64,000 bases of DNA from contig OZ252100.1 in the NCBI GenBank assembly GCA_965248435.1, positions 5,120,001 through 5,184,000 on the forward strand. The letters run 5' to 3'. Under the pieces are notes generated by a model, which saw nothing but the letters and a program-made list of their open reading frames with translations, was not told the origin of the DNA and searched no databases. Shown piece after piece: positions 10,688-20,955 of this stretch. Position 1 is the stretch's first letter; the number at the start of each line of letters is the position of its first letter. A program made the translations under genes and the position numbers. Origin of the DNA: Candidatus Latescibacterota bacterium. Its GTDB lineage: Bacteria; Latescibacterota; UBA2968; GCA-2709665.

Positions 10688-10740
10688 GTTGAAGATCGGG
10701 TACCGGGGTTCGGGTACCGGGTACCGGAACTGTGGATCGT

Positions 10741-10878
10741 GTAGAGACGCCCCGGTGGCGGTAGAGACGCCCCGCTGGGGCGTCTCTATGCCGACGCAGA
10801 TACATTGCCAGGGTGGGCGGCGACCGGTGTCTGCATCGGCCGGGGTGGGATCGTTGGAAAACGCGCGGGAGAATCACC
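10741..10878. repeat. REP/REPIN-like element (GTAG-AGACGCCCC..GGGGCGTCTCT family)
   Basis: GTAG-led palindrome plus conserved flank shared with 14380-14486, 17481-17563 and 33534-33620. Confidence 0.75.
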
Positions 10879-10890
10879 TATAATTAATGT

Positions 10891-10925
10891 AAAGGCCCCG
10901 AGGCCAGCCCCCGGGGCCTTTCTGT
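10891..10925. terminator. Probable bidirectional intrinsic terminator
   Basis: AAAGGCCCCG...CGGGGCCTTT hairpin between convergent genes. Confidence 0.6.
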
Positions 10926-10926
10926 T

Positions 10927-13900
10927 TTATGATCGGCGACGCTTTGTCTTGTCCATCCGGACCACGACGCAGGTGATGTCGTCGGCCTGAGGCGCCGCTC
11001 CTCGGAACGCGTCCATCCGTTTCATGATGAAGTCTATGGTTTCCGACGCCGACAGGTCCTCTTTACACGCAGATCGGATCGTTTCCATCGTGGCTTCGAA
11101 CCCGAATTGATCTCCCGCTCCGTTTTCGGCTTCCGGGATGCCGTCCGAATAGAAGACGAGCCGATCTCCATCCTGGAGTTTGGCCTCTACAACAGGAAAC
11201 TCGGTGTCGGGCCGAACGCCGAGCGGGTAGGCGTCCATCACGATCTCTCTCAACTCTCCGGATGATGCGCTGAAATGGGTGGGATATGGACATCCCCCGT
11301 TCGTGAGCCGCACATCTCCGGTGGACAGATTCAGCTCGCCGATTTCGAGACAGATGAACGTCTCCTTCGGGAGCATTCTGCATAGGGCCCGGTTGAGGCG
11401 GTCGAAAACCTCTTCCAGGGTCCCGCCCATTCTCATGTGCGTATCGAGCATCCCGCTGAACATGAGCATGGGCACCGCCGCTTCCATGGCGTGACCCGTG
11501 ACATCGGCCATCACCCCGGCCACGCGACTCTTCGAAAGCGCAAAGTACTGGAAGAAGTCTCCGCCGACGTGATTCGCCGGCACGCAGCGGCCGGCGATGT
11601 CGAACCCTTTGATGCGAAGACTTTCCCTGGCCATCAGGCTCTTCTGCAGGTCGTGGGCGGTCTGGAGTTCATCTTCCGCCTCCGCGATGAGCCTTCGGTC
11701 GCGACGGATCACCCGAACGGTCTGCCAGATCGTCAAGGCGATGAAGAGACTCAGCGCAGAGATCCAGCCGATTCGTTCATAGGGCAGATGCACGTGGAGT
11801 AGAACGGTGGCCGGTGTCTCGGAGTAGACCATGTCCCGGTCGACGGCCTGCACTTCGAACGTATACGAGCCCACGGGAAGATCCTGAACCTCCCAGCGAC
11901 GATCCCGAGTCGTCTTCCAGTCGTCGTCATAGCCCTTGAGGCGGTGTCTGTATACCATGGCGTCCGGCCGGGTCTTGAAGCTCATCCCGTGGAACTCGAA
12001 GCCAACGACTCCGACCGTGGATGGGATCGAAAGTTCGTCCTCGCGTTCGTAGCGGTGGTCGGCCACGACGGCATCGATAACGATCGGCGGGCGGAGCGGG
12101 GCGGGCGAGCGAAACCGCGTTACGCCCTTGTTGGTCCCGATCCAGATGTCGCCGTCCCTGCTCTCCAGAATTCCGCCTCCACTTACGTAGTTGCCCGCCA
12201 GTCCATCGTCGCTGGTCAAGGTCTGAAAGACGTCCCCGTCAAACCGGCTTAAGCCCCCGCCAGAAGTGCCGAACCAGAGATGCCCGTTCCGATCCTTTAG
12301 AATATGGGTCACCTCGTTGGACGCCAATCCGTCCTTTGTCGTGAACGTGGTCCACGCCTGCTCGGGACTTGATCCGGGGTCGAACCGGCTCACCCCTCCC
12401 CCGAACGTGCCAAACCAGATCTCCCCCTCGGGACCTTCCAGCATCGCGAGCACCTCATCTTGAGCCAGCCCGTCTTCTATCGTGAACGTCTCCCAACCCT
12501 TGCACTCCGAAGAAGGATCGTATCGGCTCGCTCCGCGCTTTGTGCCGAACCAGAGATGTCCATCCCGGTCCTGGATTATGGACGATCGAACGGCATTGTC
12601 CGCCAGCCCGTCATCCGTGGTAAAGGTAGCCCAGGTCTGGCCATCGAAGCGGCTGGCACCCCCATCCGTGGCGAACCAGATGTGCCCGACCCGATCCTGG
12701 AAAATCGCGTGTACGTCATCGTTCCCCAGCCCGTCTTTTGTCGTGAAAGTGGTCCACGTCTTCCCATCGTAGTGACTCACTCCGCCCCTCTGCGTGCCGA
12801 ACCAGAAGACTCCGTCCCGATCCTGGAGGATCGAAGACACCCGTTGTCCCACGAGCCCGTCTTCTGCGGTGAAGGTGGTCCACGACTGCCCCGCCTGCCC
12901 TGAGCCCCGTCGAAGGGGACTCGATCCGGAGTCAAACCGGCTCACTCCGCCGGGCGTGCCGAACCAGAGATGCCCGTCCCGGTCCTGGTGGACCGATTCC
13001 ACACGGTCGTTCACCAGCCCGTCTTCTGTCGTGAAGGTGATCCACGTTCGACCGCCATACCGGCTCAGTCCAGTGTAGGTGCCGACCCAAAGGTCACCCT
13101 CCCGATCCTGAAGGAGTGAGATGACGGTGTCGTCAGGCAGGCCGTCTTCTGTGGTGAAGGTGGTCCAGGCAGCCTGTCCCGGGCTTGACCCGGGATCATA
13201 CCTGCTCACGCCGCCCGAGGTGCCGAACCAGGGGTGTCCTTCTCGGTCCTGGAGGAGCGAAGTCACGTGATTGTGCGCCAGCCCGTCTTCTGTGGTAAAG
13301 GTGGTCCAGGCTTGCCCCGGACTCGATCCGGGGCCTGTCCCGCCTGCCCTGAGCTCTGTCGAAGGGGCCTCCGAGCCGGGATCATACCGACTCACACCCC
13401 CCCACGTGCCGAACCAGAAGGCTCCCTCCTGATCCTGGAAGATTGAGGACACATCATTGTGTGCCAGCCCATCTTTTGTGGTGAAGGTGACCCATGACTT
13501 CCCCGGACCTGATCCGGGGTCGTATCGGCTCACACCGTCGTTGGTTCCAAACCATAGATTGCCCTCTCGATCCTGGAGGATCGACCCCACGCTGTCGTTC
13601 GCCAGGCCATCTTCTGTGGTGAGGGTGGTCCACGAGTCGCCATCGTACCGGCTCACGCCGGCGGAGGTGCCGAACCAGAAATGCCCCTCCCGATCCTGAA
13701 GGATCCGTGCCGATCGGTCGTGCGCCAGGCCATCTTCTGTGGTGAACGTGGTCCACGCCACCTGTCCCGAGCCCGGTCCCTGCGTACGCAGGGAGGGATC
13801 GTACCGGCTCACGCCAGAAAAGGTGCCAAACCAGAAACGACCTTCCCGATCCTGGAAGATCGATCTCACCCTGTTGTCGGCGAGACCGTCTTCCGTGTCG

Positions 13901-14151
13901 AGCGTCGTAAAGGTCTGTCCGTCATAGCGAATGACGCCGCTGGCCCTGCTGCAGAGCCAGAGGACGCCATCGCGATCCTGATAGATGCACGGAATAAAGC
14001 CGCTGACGAGGCCGTCGGTGACGTCGTAGGTCCGCCACACGCCCTTCATGGAAGGGGGTGACGAGGCTTGCTGGCCCGTCGACTCGAGAGGGAAAGCGAG
14101 GAATAGGGTGAGGGCTAAGATGTGAAGAACGGGGGTGAGGCGTCTGCGCAT
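10927..14151 (-). CDS. Membrane sensor: beta-propeller repeats + Y_Y_Y domain + TM + SpoIIE/RsbU PP2C phosphatase
   Basis: About 14 WTTFTTEDGL..QDREG..WFGT..GVSRYD repeats; VGGDFF, ADVTGH, FYSDGI, ADDIT motifs. Confidence 0.92.
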   Translation of the reverse strand: MRRRLTPVLHILALTLFLAFPLESTGQQASSPPSMKGVWRTYDVTDGLVSGFIPCIYQDRDGVLWLCSRASGVIRYDGQTFTTLDTEDGLADNRVRSIFQDREGRFWFGTFSGVSRYDPSLRTQGPGSGQVAWTTFTTEDGLAHDRSARILQDREGHFWFGTSAGVSRYDGDSWTTLTTEDGLANDSVGSILQDREGNLWFGTNDGVSRYDPGSGPGKSWVTFTTKDGLAHNDVSSIFQDQEGAFWFGTWGGVSRYDPGSEAPSTELRAGGTGPGSSPGQAWTTFTTEDGLAHNHVTSLLQDREGHPWFGTSGGVSRYDPGSSPGQAAWTTFTTEDGLPDDTVISLLQDREGDLWVGTYTGLSRYGGRTWITFTTEDGLVNDRVESVHQDRDGHLWFGTPGGVSRFDSGSSPLRRGSGQAGQSWTTFTAEDGLVGQRVSSILQDRDGVFWFGTQRGGVSHYDGKTWTTFTTKDGLGNDDVHAIFQDRVGHIWFATDGGASRFDGQTWATFTTDDGLADNAVRSSIIQDRDGHLWFGTKRGASRYDPSSECKGWETFTIEDGLAQDEVLAMLEGPEGEIWFGTFGGGVSRFDPGSSPEQAWTTFTTKDGLASNEVTHILKDRNGHLWFGTSGGGLSRFDGDVFQTLTSDDGLAGNYVSGGGILESRDGDIWIGTNKGVTRFRSPAPLRPPIVIDAVVADHRYEREDELSIPSTVGVVGFEFHGMSFKTRPDAMVYRHRLKGYDDDWKTTRDRRWEVQDLPVGSYTFEVQAVDRDMVYSETPATVLLHVHLPYERIGWISALSLFIALTIWQTVRVIRRDRRLIAEAEDELQTAHDLQKSLMARESLRIKGFDIAGRCVPANHVGGDFFQYFALSKSRVAGVMADVTGHAMEAAVPMLMFSGMLDTHMRMGGTLEEVFDRLNRALCRMLPKETFICLEIGELNLSTGDVRLTNGGCPYPTHFSASSGELREIVMDAYPLGVRPDTEFPVVEAKLQDGDRLVFYSDGIPEAENGAGDQFGFEATMETIRSACKEDLSASETIDFIMKRMDAFRGAAPQADDITCVVVRMDKTKRRRS

Positions 14152-14379
14152 AGGCGAGCACCAACACGAAAGGGGCACACTGAAGACCCGACGTATGCCC
14201 CTTTTTAAATCCCTCGGTTTGAGAGGCCCCGACCCTCAAACAGGATTTGCTGTCAACATCTTATGCTGCAATAAGATCTGCAATGGCAAAATAGGCCACG
14301 GCACCGTAAAAGACAAGGGAAATCACGAAAGGGATCACGAAATGCGCGAAGGAGCACGAAAACGCACGAAACCCTACGG

Positions 14380-14486
14380 CGGCGACCGGTGTCTGCCTCG
14401 GACAGGGTGGGATCGTTCGCGAAGTGCGCGGGGAAATCGTGTGACGGGAATAGCACGGGAATGAATTCCCGCGCGGGAGAATCACA
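14380..14486. repeat. Degenerate copy of the REPIN-like flank
   Basis: GGCGGCGACCGGTGTCTGC..GGGTGGGATCGTT..CGCGCGGGAGAATCAC, as at 10816-10877. Confidence 0.6.
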
Positions 14487-14580
14487 AAGTCCGCCCTCTG
14501 ACGGACTCGCTCTTTCCGGTAAAAAATCCCCACCAGAAAGACTCTGACAGGGAGACTCAACACACAGCTCGACACTTTGT

Positions 14581-14796
14581 TTAAGCTGGTTCTACGTCCA
14601 TGTAGTCGGCTTCGGAGCTTGGCTAGGGAATGGGTTGGCCATCTTCCTTGAGCCCCTCCAAGTGAAATTCAATCGCTTCCTGAATCAGTTTTCTAACTTC
14701 CTCTCTGGTCTCGGCCGCTGCAACACAACCCGGGAGATCGGGAACGTATGCGCCGTAGGAGGCTTCGCCTTTTTCAATGATGATTGCGTATTTCAT
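14581..14796 (-). pseudogene. hicB: HicB-family antitoxin with premature TAG (14623-14625); not in the ORF track
   Basis: MKYAIIIEKGEASYGAYVPDLPGCVAAAETREE..IEFHLEGLKEDGQPIP*PSSEADYMDVEPA. Confidence 0.8.
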
Positions 14797-15089
14797 AGCT
14801 TCGATCCCGCCACTTTTAGTCTTCGAATTTTTCTATCTGGTTTGCTCACTGCGAGTTCGTAAGAGGTCTGAAGGTTCAACCAGAACCGGGGCGTATTGCC
14901 AAACGCGCCGGAGAAAAGCCAGGCCGTTTGCGGCGTGATCCCCCTCTTTCCTTTTACGACCTCGTTGACTCTTTGAATGGGCATGCCAATGTGCTCGGCG
15001 AATGCCACCTGAGTCATCTCCATCGGCTTCAGGAATTACTCAAGAAGAATCTGTCCTGGATGTGTCGGGATTCGGTTCTGTGGGGTCAT
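14793..15089 (-). pseudogene. higA: HigA-family HTH antitoxin with premature TAA (15036-15038)
   Basis: MTPQNRIPTHPGQILLE*FLKPMEMTQ..QRVNEVVKGKRGIT..FWLNLQ. Confidence 0.85.
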
Positions 15090-15223
15090 GCTATCCTCCC
15101 AGTGATAGTCGGTCAATGAGACATCGTATCCTGAGTTTTACTCAGAAATATACACTTTGTCAAGATGTCACGGCTTCTTCCGCGGATATCCCATCGAAAC
15201 TAAGCCCATGCTGAATTCACACG

Positions 15224-15898
15224 CTATGTCGCTCGATCGCTCTCTAACTGACCATCTTTGAGGGTCACGACCCTTTGCGCGCGTCCGGCGATCGATTCGT
15301 CGTGCGTGACGAGGAGGATCGTCTGACCCCGCTCGTGGAGGTCCTCGAGTATCTGCATAATCTCGTCGCCAGTACGGCTGTCCAGGTTGCCTGTGGGCTC
15401 ATCGGCTAGGATGATCGAGGGATCATTAACGAGCGCACGTGCTATAGCGACGCGCTGGTGCTGACCTCCAGAGAGTTCGCTGGGTCGGTGCGACATTCGG
15501 TCTTTCAGGCCCACCATCTCAAGTACGATCTGTGCTCGATCACGGCGGTTCTTTCTGGGGGATGCCGAATAGATGAGCGGTAATTCAACGTTCTGAAGGG
15601 CGGTGGCCCGGTTTAGCAGGTTGAAGGTCTGAAATACGAACCCGATCCTCCGGTTCCGGATCTCTGCAAGGACATCGCCGTTCATTCTGTTAACACGCTC
15701 ACCGCCCAATTCATAGCATCCAGAAGTAGGGGTATCGAGACATCCGAGGATGTTGAGGAGCGTGGACTTGCCCGATCCGGACGGCCCCATTAAGGCGACA
15801 TACTCGTTCTGGGAGACGTTCAGATCGATCCCCTTGAGGGCGTGGATGGACTCGACGCCCATTCTATAGGTCTTCTGTATCTTTTCGAGACGGATCAT
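15224..15898 (-). CDS. MacB/LolD-type ABC ATPase
   Basis: [25 protein letters not shown]. Confidence 0.95.
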   Translation of the reverse strand: MIRLEKIQKTYRMGVESIHALKGIDLNVSQNEYVALMGPSGSGKSTLLNILGCLDTPTSGCYELGGERVNRMNGDVLAEIRNRRIGFVFQTFNLLNRATALQNVELPLIYSASPRKNRRDRAQIVLEMVGLKDRMSHRPSELSGGQHQRVAIARALVNDPSIILADEPTGNLDSRTGDEIMQILEDLHERGQTILLVTHDESIAGRAQRVVTLKDGQLESDRAT

Positions 15899-15908
15899 TC
15901 TTGAGGTG

Positions 15909-17135
15909 TCAATCGTATCGCAGCGCCTCGACAGGGTGGAGGCTCGATGCCCGGGCAGCGGGGTAGACTCCGAAGAATACGCCGATGCCCCCCGAGAAGA
16001 GGATGGCCAGTCCGATAGAACTCAACGAGACTACACTTGAAAACGATGCCTCGGAAAAATGCGCTATTGTCGCAGAACTCCCAAATCCGAGCCCCAGGCC
16101 GCAAACAACACCGAGGAGACCGCCGAATAGGCTGAGGACAGCGGACTCGACGATAAACTGTAGAAGAATGTGCCTCCGTTTAGCGCCAAGAGCTTTGCGT
16201 ATGCCGATCTCTCTCGTGCGTTCCGTGACGGAGAAAAGCATCACATTCATGATTCCGATCCCGCCGACCAACAGGGAAATGCCCGCTACCCCGCCGGCCA
16301 CCAGCTTTAGGACCAGAACGATGCGTTCCAGATTCTCAAGGATGCTCTCGCCGGTCACGATCAAGAATTCGTCGCCGTGTCTATGGAACCGTTCGAGCAC
16401 CATCCGGATGTCCTGAGCAACGCGGTGAACCTCGGCTCCATTGTTCAAGTAGACAAACACTACATCATAGTGGTCATTTCCCGTGATTCGTTTTTGGATC
16501 GTACTCACAGGAACAACGATCTGTTTGCCCCAATCCTCTCCGAAGAGCGTTCTGGGTTTCATCACGCCGATAACGGTATAGCGTTCGCCGTTAAGCTTGA
16601 TCTCTCGGCCAATGGCTTCCTGCTCCCCAAACAGTTCCTCGTCAACCTTGTTGCCGATCACACAAACCCTGCGCCACTCCCTCACGTCCCGGTTGGAGAG
16701 GAACCTGCCCTTGCTCAGGGCCCAGTCCATCATCCGGTGATAGCCCGGTAGGGTTCCCAGGATCTTCAAGGTGGTCGACGCTTTCTGGTAATGCACCTGG
16801 GCATTCCAACTGACCAGAGGAAAGGCCGCATCGATTTCGTCCGATCCGGCAGTGATCGCTTCAATGTCTCCGACTGTCAGCGTCTCCCGCCAGGCACGTC
16901 GAACCCGCCGCCCACCCTTGATGGCCCAGGGACCTGGCGGCTGTACGAGTATGAGGTTCGCGCCGCTGACCTGGACAAATTGCGACACGACGCTGTAGCG
17001 GAGCCCCTCACCGATCGACACGACGCCGACAACGGAGCCTATGCCGATTGTGATACCGAGAATCGTCAAGAGGGAGCGTAACGCGTTGGCATGCAGTTGG
17101 GAAAGCGCTACGGCAATAAGCTCAAGAATGTTCAA
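15909..17135 (-). CDS. MacB/FtsX-type ABC permease
   Basis: [44 protein letters not shown]. Confidence 0.95.
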   Translation of the reverse strand: MNILELIAVALSQLHANALRSLLTILGITIGIGSVVGVVSIGEGLRYSVVSQFVQVSGANLILVQPPGPWAIKGGRRVRRAWRETLTVGDIEAITAGSDEIDAAFPLVSWNAQVHYQKASTTLKILGTLPGYHRMMDWALSKGRFLSNRDVREWRRVCVIGNKVDEELFGEQEAIGREIKLNGERYTVIGVMKPRTLFGEDWGKQIVVPVSTIQKRITGNDHYDVVFVYLNNGAEVHRVAQDIRMVLERFHRHGDEFLIVTGESILENLERIVLVLKLVAGGVAGISLLVGGIGIMNVMLFSVTERTREIGIRKALGAKRRHILLQFIVESAVLSLFGGLLGVVCGLGLGFGSSATIAHFSEASFSSVVSLSSIGLAILFSGGIGVFFGVYPAARASSLHPVEALRYD

Positions 17136-17221
17136 CAGGGTCTCTTCGTTTCGAATGATTGGTTTCTTTGTGACATTGCTGTGGTCTGATTCTACACAAG
17201 AGACGCCCTGCCATGGCGTCT

Positions 17222-17841
17222 CTACAGCAACATCACCGTCGGTGGTGGTGGGTTTGGATAATGCTCATTCTGTTGCCACGTCATCGGATTATTCGCGATG
17301 TACCTTCTGAGAGTGTCCAATGAATCTTGATTCCAAATGATCCGATCATAAAACCCGGGTTGCCACGCGAAATGGTGATATCCCATCTTGCGAATTCGTT
17401 TTGTACAATTCGATTTAAATTGACCGACGATCGATCCCGGCGAATTTGGCATCCAAAATCGTGATGATCGAACGCCATTTGTAGAGACGCCCCGCCGGGG
17501 CGTCTCTAAGGTGGGTCGGGCGCCGGGGGGCGGCGGCCGGTTTCTGCATCGGCCGGGGTGGTATCACTCAGGATCTGTATGATCCCGTGCATATGGTTCG
17601 GCATAACGACCCAAGCGTCCAATTCTACTTTCGGCCGTATCCGCTCCGTTCTTTTCCACTCGTCCGCGACGATTTCACCGATTTCTGAAAATCGAATCTC
17701 TCCATTTGAGATGTCTCCAAGGAGACAGGCATGATCCTTCGTGCAGTTCGTGACGAAATACAAACCGGCCTTTGAGTAATCCCATCCGTGGAGACGTGTC
17801 GACTGGATCCGATATTTTTGACTGAAAAGATCATCCTTCAT
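17222..17841 (-). pseudogene. REP-associated tyrosine transposase (RAYT/Y1), disrupted around its internal REP
   Basis: RLHGWDYS..YFVT, HUH motif VMPNHMHGII, then a stop and frame change at the REP, then GSIVGQFKS..WQPGFYDRII..YIANNP. Confidence 0.85.
17481..17563. repeat. REP palindrome and flank inside the RAYT gene (a second REP lies at ~17199-17225)
   Basis: GTAGAGACGCCCCGCCGGGGCGTCTCTA. Confidence 0.8.
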
Positions 17842-17864
17842 CGTTGGTTCTTGTCTTGTCCTTT

Positions 17865-19073
17865 CTACCTCTCCTCGGTTTTTTCTCTGTAGATTTTCCC
17901 GGCGTTCGCAGCGACCTCATCATCCAGGACAAGGCCGGACAGGATCTCAAAGCGCACCTCCGACCTCAGGCCAAATTGAATCTCCTCCTCGATAAATCCC
18001 TTGGCCTCTTTTCGGTAGACGATCGAACGGCCGCGTGTGCCTTTTTTGTCGCTTTTTCTCGCCTCCACGCCGAAGTCCTCGTACACTGCCTCGATGGGCA
18101 GATAGAGTGTTGAGTCGCGCTCCGCCAAGATGATGTCGATGTCGCAGGACATGCCCTGCCGGAAACGGGGCTCGCGGTCCAGGATGCGGATCTCGGTGTG
18201 GAAGGTGATGATGTTGGTGCCCTGCAGGATCTCACCGACGGGTACAATCCTGTGGACCTCTCCTGTGTAGCTCGTGTCGGGATAGGCGCCTACGATGATC
18301 TTGACCCGCTGCCCGGGCTTCAATCTGCCCACATCGACTTCGCTGATGTCTGCTTTGACTGTCATCTGGCTCGGGTCCCCGATCTCGAATATCTTTTTAC
18401 CCGTTACCGTAGAGAGGGTGCCTGATACGACGACCTCACCGACTTCGACAGGACGACTAATCACGATTCCAGGAACGGGTGAGGGCAGGCGGACGTAATC
18501 CAGCTTCTGATCTTTCTTTGCCGGAGGAGCACCGTTCGTGTGCCGAATATTCGTTCGGGTCTCGATTATTTCTAGTTCAAGCTTCGCAAGTCTGTAGGCG
18601 TTTTGTGACTTTTGGAACTCATCCCGTACGCTTTCGACTTCTTCCTTCGAAATTAACCGGCGTCCAAGCAGCCGTTCCTTTCGGACTAGCCTCTTCTGGT
18701 TCTGCTCCAGGTCGATTCGCACCTGATCAACGGCGGCACGTTTGTTGTAGAGCTGTAGCGTCTGGTTGGGATCGGGTTCGATGATGGCGAGGATATCTCC
18801 ATCCTCTACCACATCGCCAGCTTCCGCGAGGAGCTGGACGATTTCACCGGATACGGTCGATTTGACCTCCACGGTTCGCACGAACTCGATCCGTCCGGTC
18901 TCTTTTAGCTGTTCGATGACCACGCCTCGTTTAACTCTGGTCGTCGCCACGTCTTCTACTGGATCCTTTCTTCTTTCCTCCCGGGTCAGGTTGAGGGTAA
19001 CGATACCCGAGACCAGAACGACGCCAAGGAGACCGAAGAGGAGCTTGCGCTTTCGGGACCACGTTTTCGCCAT
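17865..19073 (-). CDS. MacA/YknX-like membrane fusion protein
   Basis: N-terminal TM, VEVKSTVSGEI..GDVVEDGD, coiled hairpin, SPVPGIV, ISEVDVGRLKPGQ. Confidence 0.92.
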   Translation of the reverse strand: MAKTWSRKRKLLFGLLGVVLVSGIVTLNLTREERRKDPVEDVATTRVKRGVVIEQLKETGRIEFVRTVEVKSTVSGEIVQLLAEAGDVVEDGDILAIIEPDPNQTLQLYNKRAAVDQVRIDLEQNQKRLVRKERLLGRRLISKEEVESVRDEFQKSQNAYRLAKLELEIIETRTNIRHTNGAPPAKKDQKLDYVRLPSPVPGIVISRPVEVGEVVVSGTLSTVTGKKIFEIGDPSQMTVKADISEVDVGRLKPGQRVKIIVGAYPDTSYTGEVHRIVPVGEILQGTNIITFHTEIRILDREPRFRQGMSCDIDIILAERDSTLYLPIEAVYEDFGVEARKSDKKGTRGRSIVYRKEAKGFIEEEIQFGLRSEVRFEILSGLVLDDEVAANAGKIYREKTEER

Positions 19074-19114
19074 CCATTTGCCTTTACGCCGAGGTGAGAT
19101 CGAAGGGTTGTTGT

Positions 19115-19867
19115 TCAGTTCCCCAATCTACCCATCATGCCACCGAGCAGATTCTGGGCGGCGGCAGAAACCAGGAGGTAGATGACCCACAGACCGAAAA
19201 CGAAGTATGCCGCGTGTCTAGTCTCAACACCCGAGGTTATTCCGAGGCCGACAGAGACGAGTGCGAACTGCCAGATCGAAAACACGTTAACCAATGAAAG
19301 GAAGGTGAACAGAAAGCTGCCATGCATCGACTCAGGCAGGAGTAGGCCGGGGCCAAGTTGGACCACTATCGACTTTCTGGCCAATACGAGCGGTACGGTG
19401 ATGATGGCGGCGGGAATGCCCACAAGAGCGCCATAGCTGACAACAGCGAGGGTCTTCTTGTATGTGCCTCGACCGCCGAGCAGGAAGTTGGTAAGCACTA
19501 GAAAGATGCCCGCCTGAATAAAGAGGTTCGCAGCCGAGCCGATTGGAGCGCCAACAAGAGCAGTAATGCCCCCGGCATTCGTCACGCCTTCCAGAACTTG
19601 TGCCCGCTGTTCTTCCGAGAGGTCAGGGTTCTCTTGAAGCTGTTTGCTCATGGCCTCCAGCCCCTCGGTTTGGACAACTGGCATGATCAGGTAGGCAGAC
19701 AGTGCACCTGCAATGGTGACCAGTATCAGCGGGACCAGCCAGTCCTTAAGTCCGACGAACTCGTTGAGCGAACCGAAAGTATTTGCAGGAGAGGTGAACA
19801 CGTTCATCCCCAGTTCAAAAACGCCCATCTGTTGACTGTTTCCTTGAGTTTCTCTCGATTCTTCCAT
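19115..19867 (-). CDS. Yip1-family membrane protein (YknW/As-48E-like)
   Basis: VFTSP..TF motif, about 5 TM helices, NVFSIW; first gene of the MFP/ABC operon. Confidence 0.85.
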   Translation of the reverse strand: MEESRETQGNSQQMGVFELGMNVFTSPANTFGSLNEFVGLKDWLVPLILVTIAGALSAYLIMPVVQTEGLEAMSKQLQENPDLSEEQRAQVLEGVTNAGGITALVGAPIGSAANLFIQAGIFLVLTNFLLGGRGTYKKTLAVVSYGALVGIPAAIITVPLVLARKSIVVQLGPGLLLPESMHGSFLFTFLSLVNVFSIWQFALVSVGLGITSGVETRHAAYFVFGLWVIYLLVSAAAQNLLGGMMGRLGN

Positions 19868-20340
19868 GCCATATCCCCTTGTGTGTGACGACGATCCTTC
19901 GTGGCGCTAGCAGTCTCTATCAAGCAATTGACGTACCCCTCGGCTTGCTAGGCGGTCCGTGTGCTTACCGATACGGGTGACACGGTTGTGAGAGGGATGA
20001 AACTCACCGGCGAGGAGAGCGCCTGTCATAAAAGGGATGCGGTATGGATCTTTCACTCTTACAGATTCAAACGAAAGGCTTTTTCACCTTCAAGTGAGCG
20101 GCAGGTTGCATTACACGACGTGCCGGGGTGTCTATCAAGGGGAACGAGTGCACTTCTTTTCAACAGTTAATTAGACTTCTGGGGAACAAATACAGACCAC
20201 AGAAGGAGGTTCAAGAGCCGGCGGTACGGTGATTGCAGGAATAGTTCTCGAGTTATCTGCAGTGGAAGTGAAGAGGGTGACGCATTCGAGGAGGTGATCG
20301 TGTAGGTAGCACGGTCAATAAGGCGTGGGGAGATGCAGTT

Positions 20341-20955
20341 GTGGACTACGAAGATGACTATCTGATTCTAAACTTGACCCCCTATTTCAATAGTGATGGA
20401 ATTTCTTCCGATGAAGACCGTGCCGACGGATTCTTTACGGCTAACGGATATACCTATGCGGAAGAAGATTTGCCAGCGTCGAATTCGATCCTGGAATGCG
20501 ATGACGTTGTGTTCCGATTTCCTGACAAAAGCGCAGGCCGAGATAATAACATCTCCTTAGAGGGCCAGAAAATTCCGGTTCCTGAGGATCTGTACGACAC
20601 GGTCTACTTCCTTGGCGCGGCTGAAGAGATCAGTTTACGAGAAAACATTCAGTTCGTTTTTTCAGACGGTGGGCGGGAGGAGGCTTTGTTAGGACTAAGC
20701 GGGTGGGGGCTGGGGCGCGAACTCGAATACGGAGAGCGCGCGGCGATTCAATGCGAGGGATACCATATCGTGCGCCCCGTGTCCTACCATCGCTATACGG
20801 ACACCCTCGGTCTTGATCACGGTATTTGGATGCAGAGCGTGTCCATCTCAGACAGACCGTTGGTTGGGATTGAGCTTCCGGATCTTCCGCCGATGCACAT
20901 TTTTGCAATGACACTTCACCGTACAGAGATCGGAAAGTTCCAGAGGAAACAGTGA
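20341..20955 (+). CDS. Uncharacterised acidic beta-sandwich-like protein
   Basis: 204 aa; DNNISLEGQKIPVP..YFLGAA motif recalls accessory beta-sandwich modules of some glycoside hydrolases; overlaps the next gene by 4 nt. Confidence 0.55.
   Translation: MDYEDDYLILNLTPYFNSDGISSDEDRADGFFTANGYTYAEEDLPASNSILECDDVVFRFPDKSAGRDNNISLEGQKIPVPEDLYDTVYFLGAAEEISLRENIQFVFSDGGREEALLGLSGWGLGRELEYGERAAIQCEGYHIVRPVSYHRYTDTLGLDHGIWMQSVSISDRPLVGIELPDLPPMHIFAMTLHRTEIGKFQRKQ

Noticed and set aside
14623-14625. TAG in hicB as pyrrolysine or readthrough
   Set aside because: No pyl context, a non-catalytic position, and the neighbouring higA has a TAA nonsense codon.
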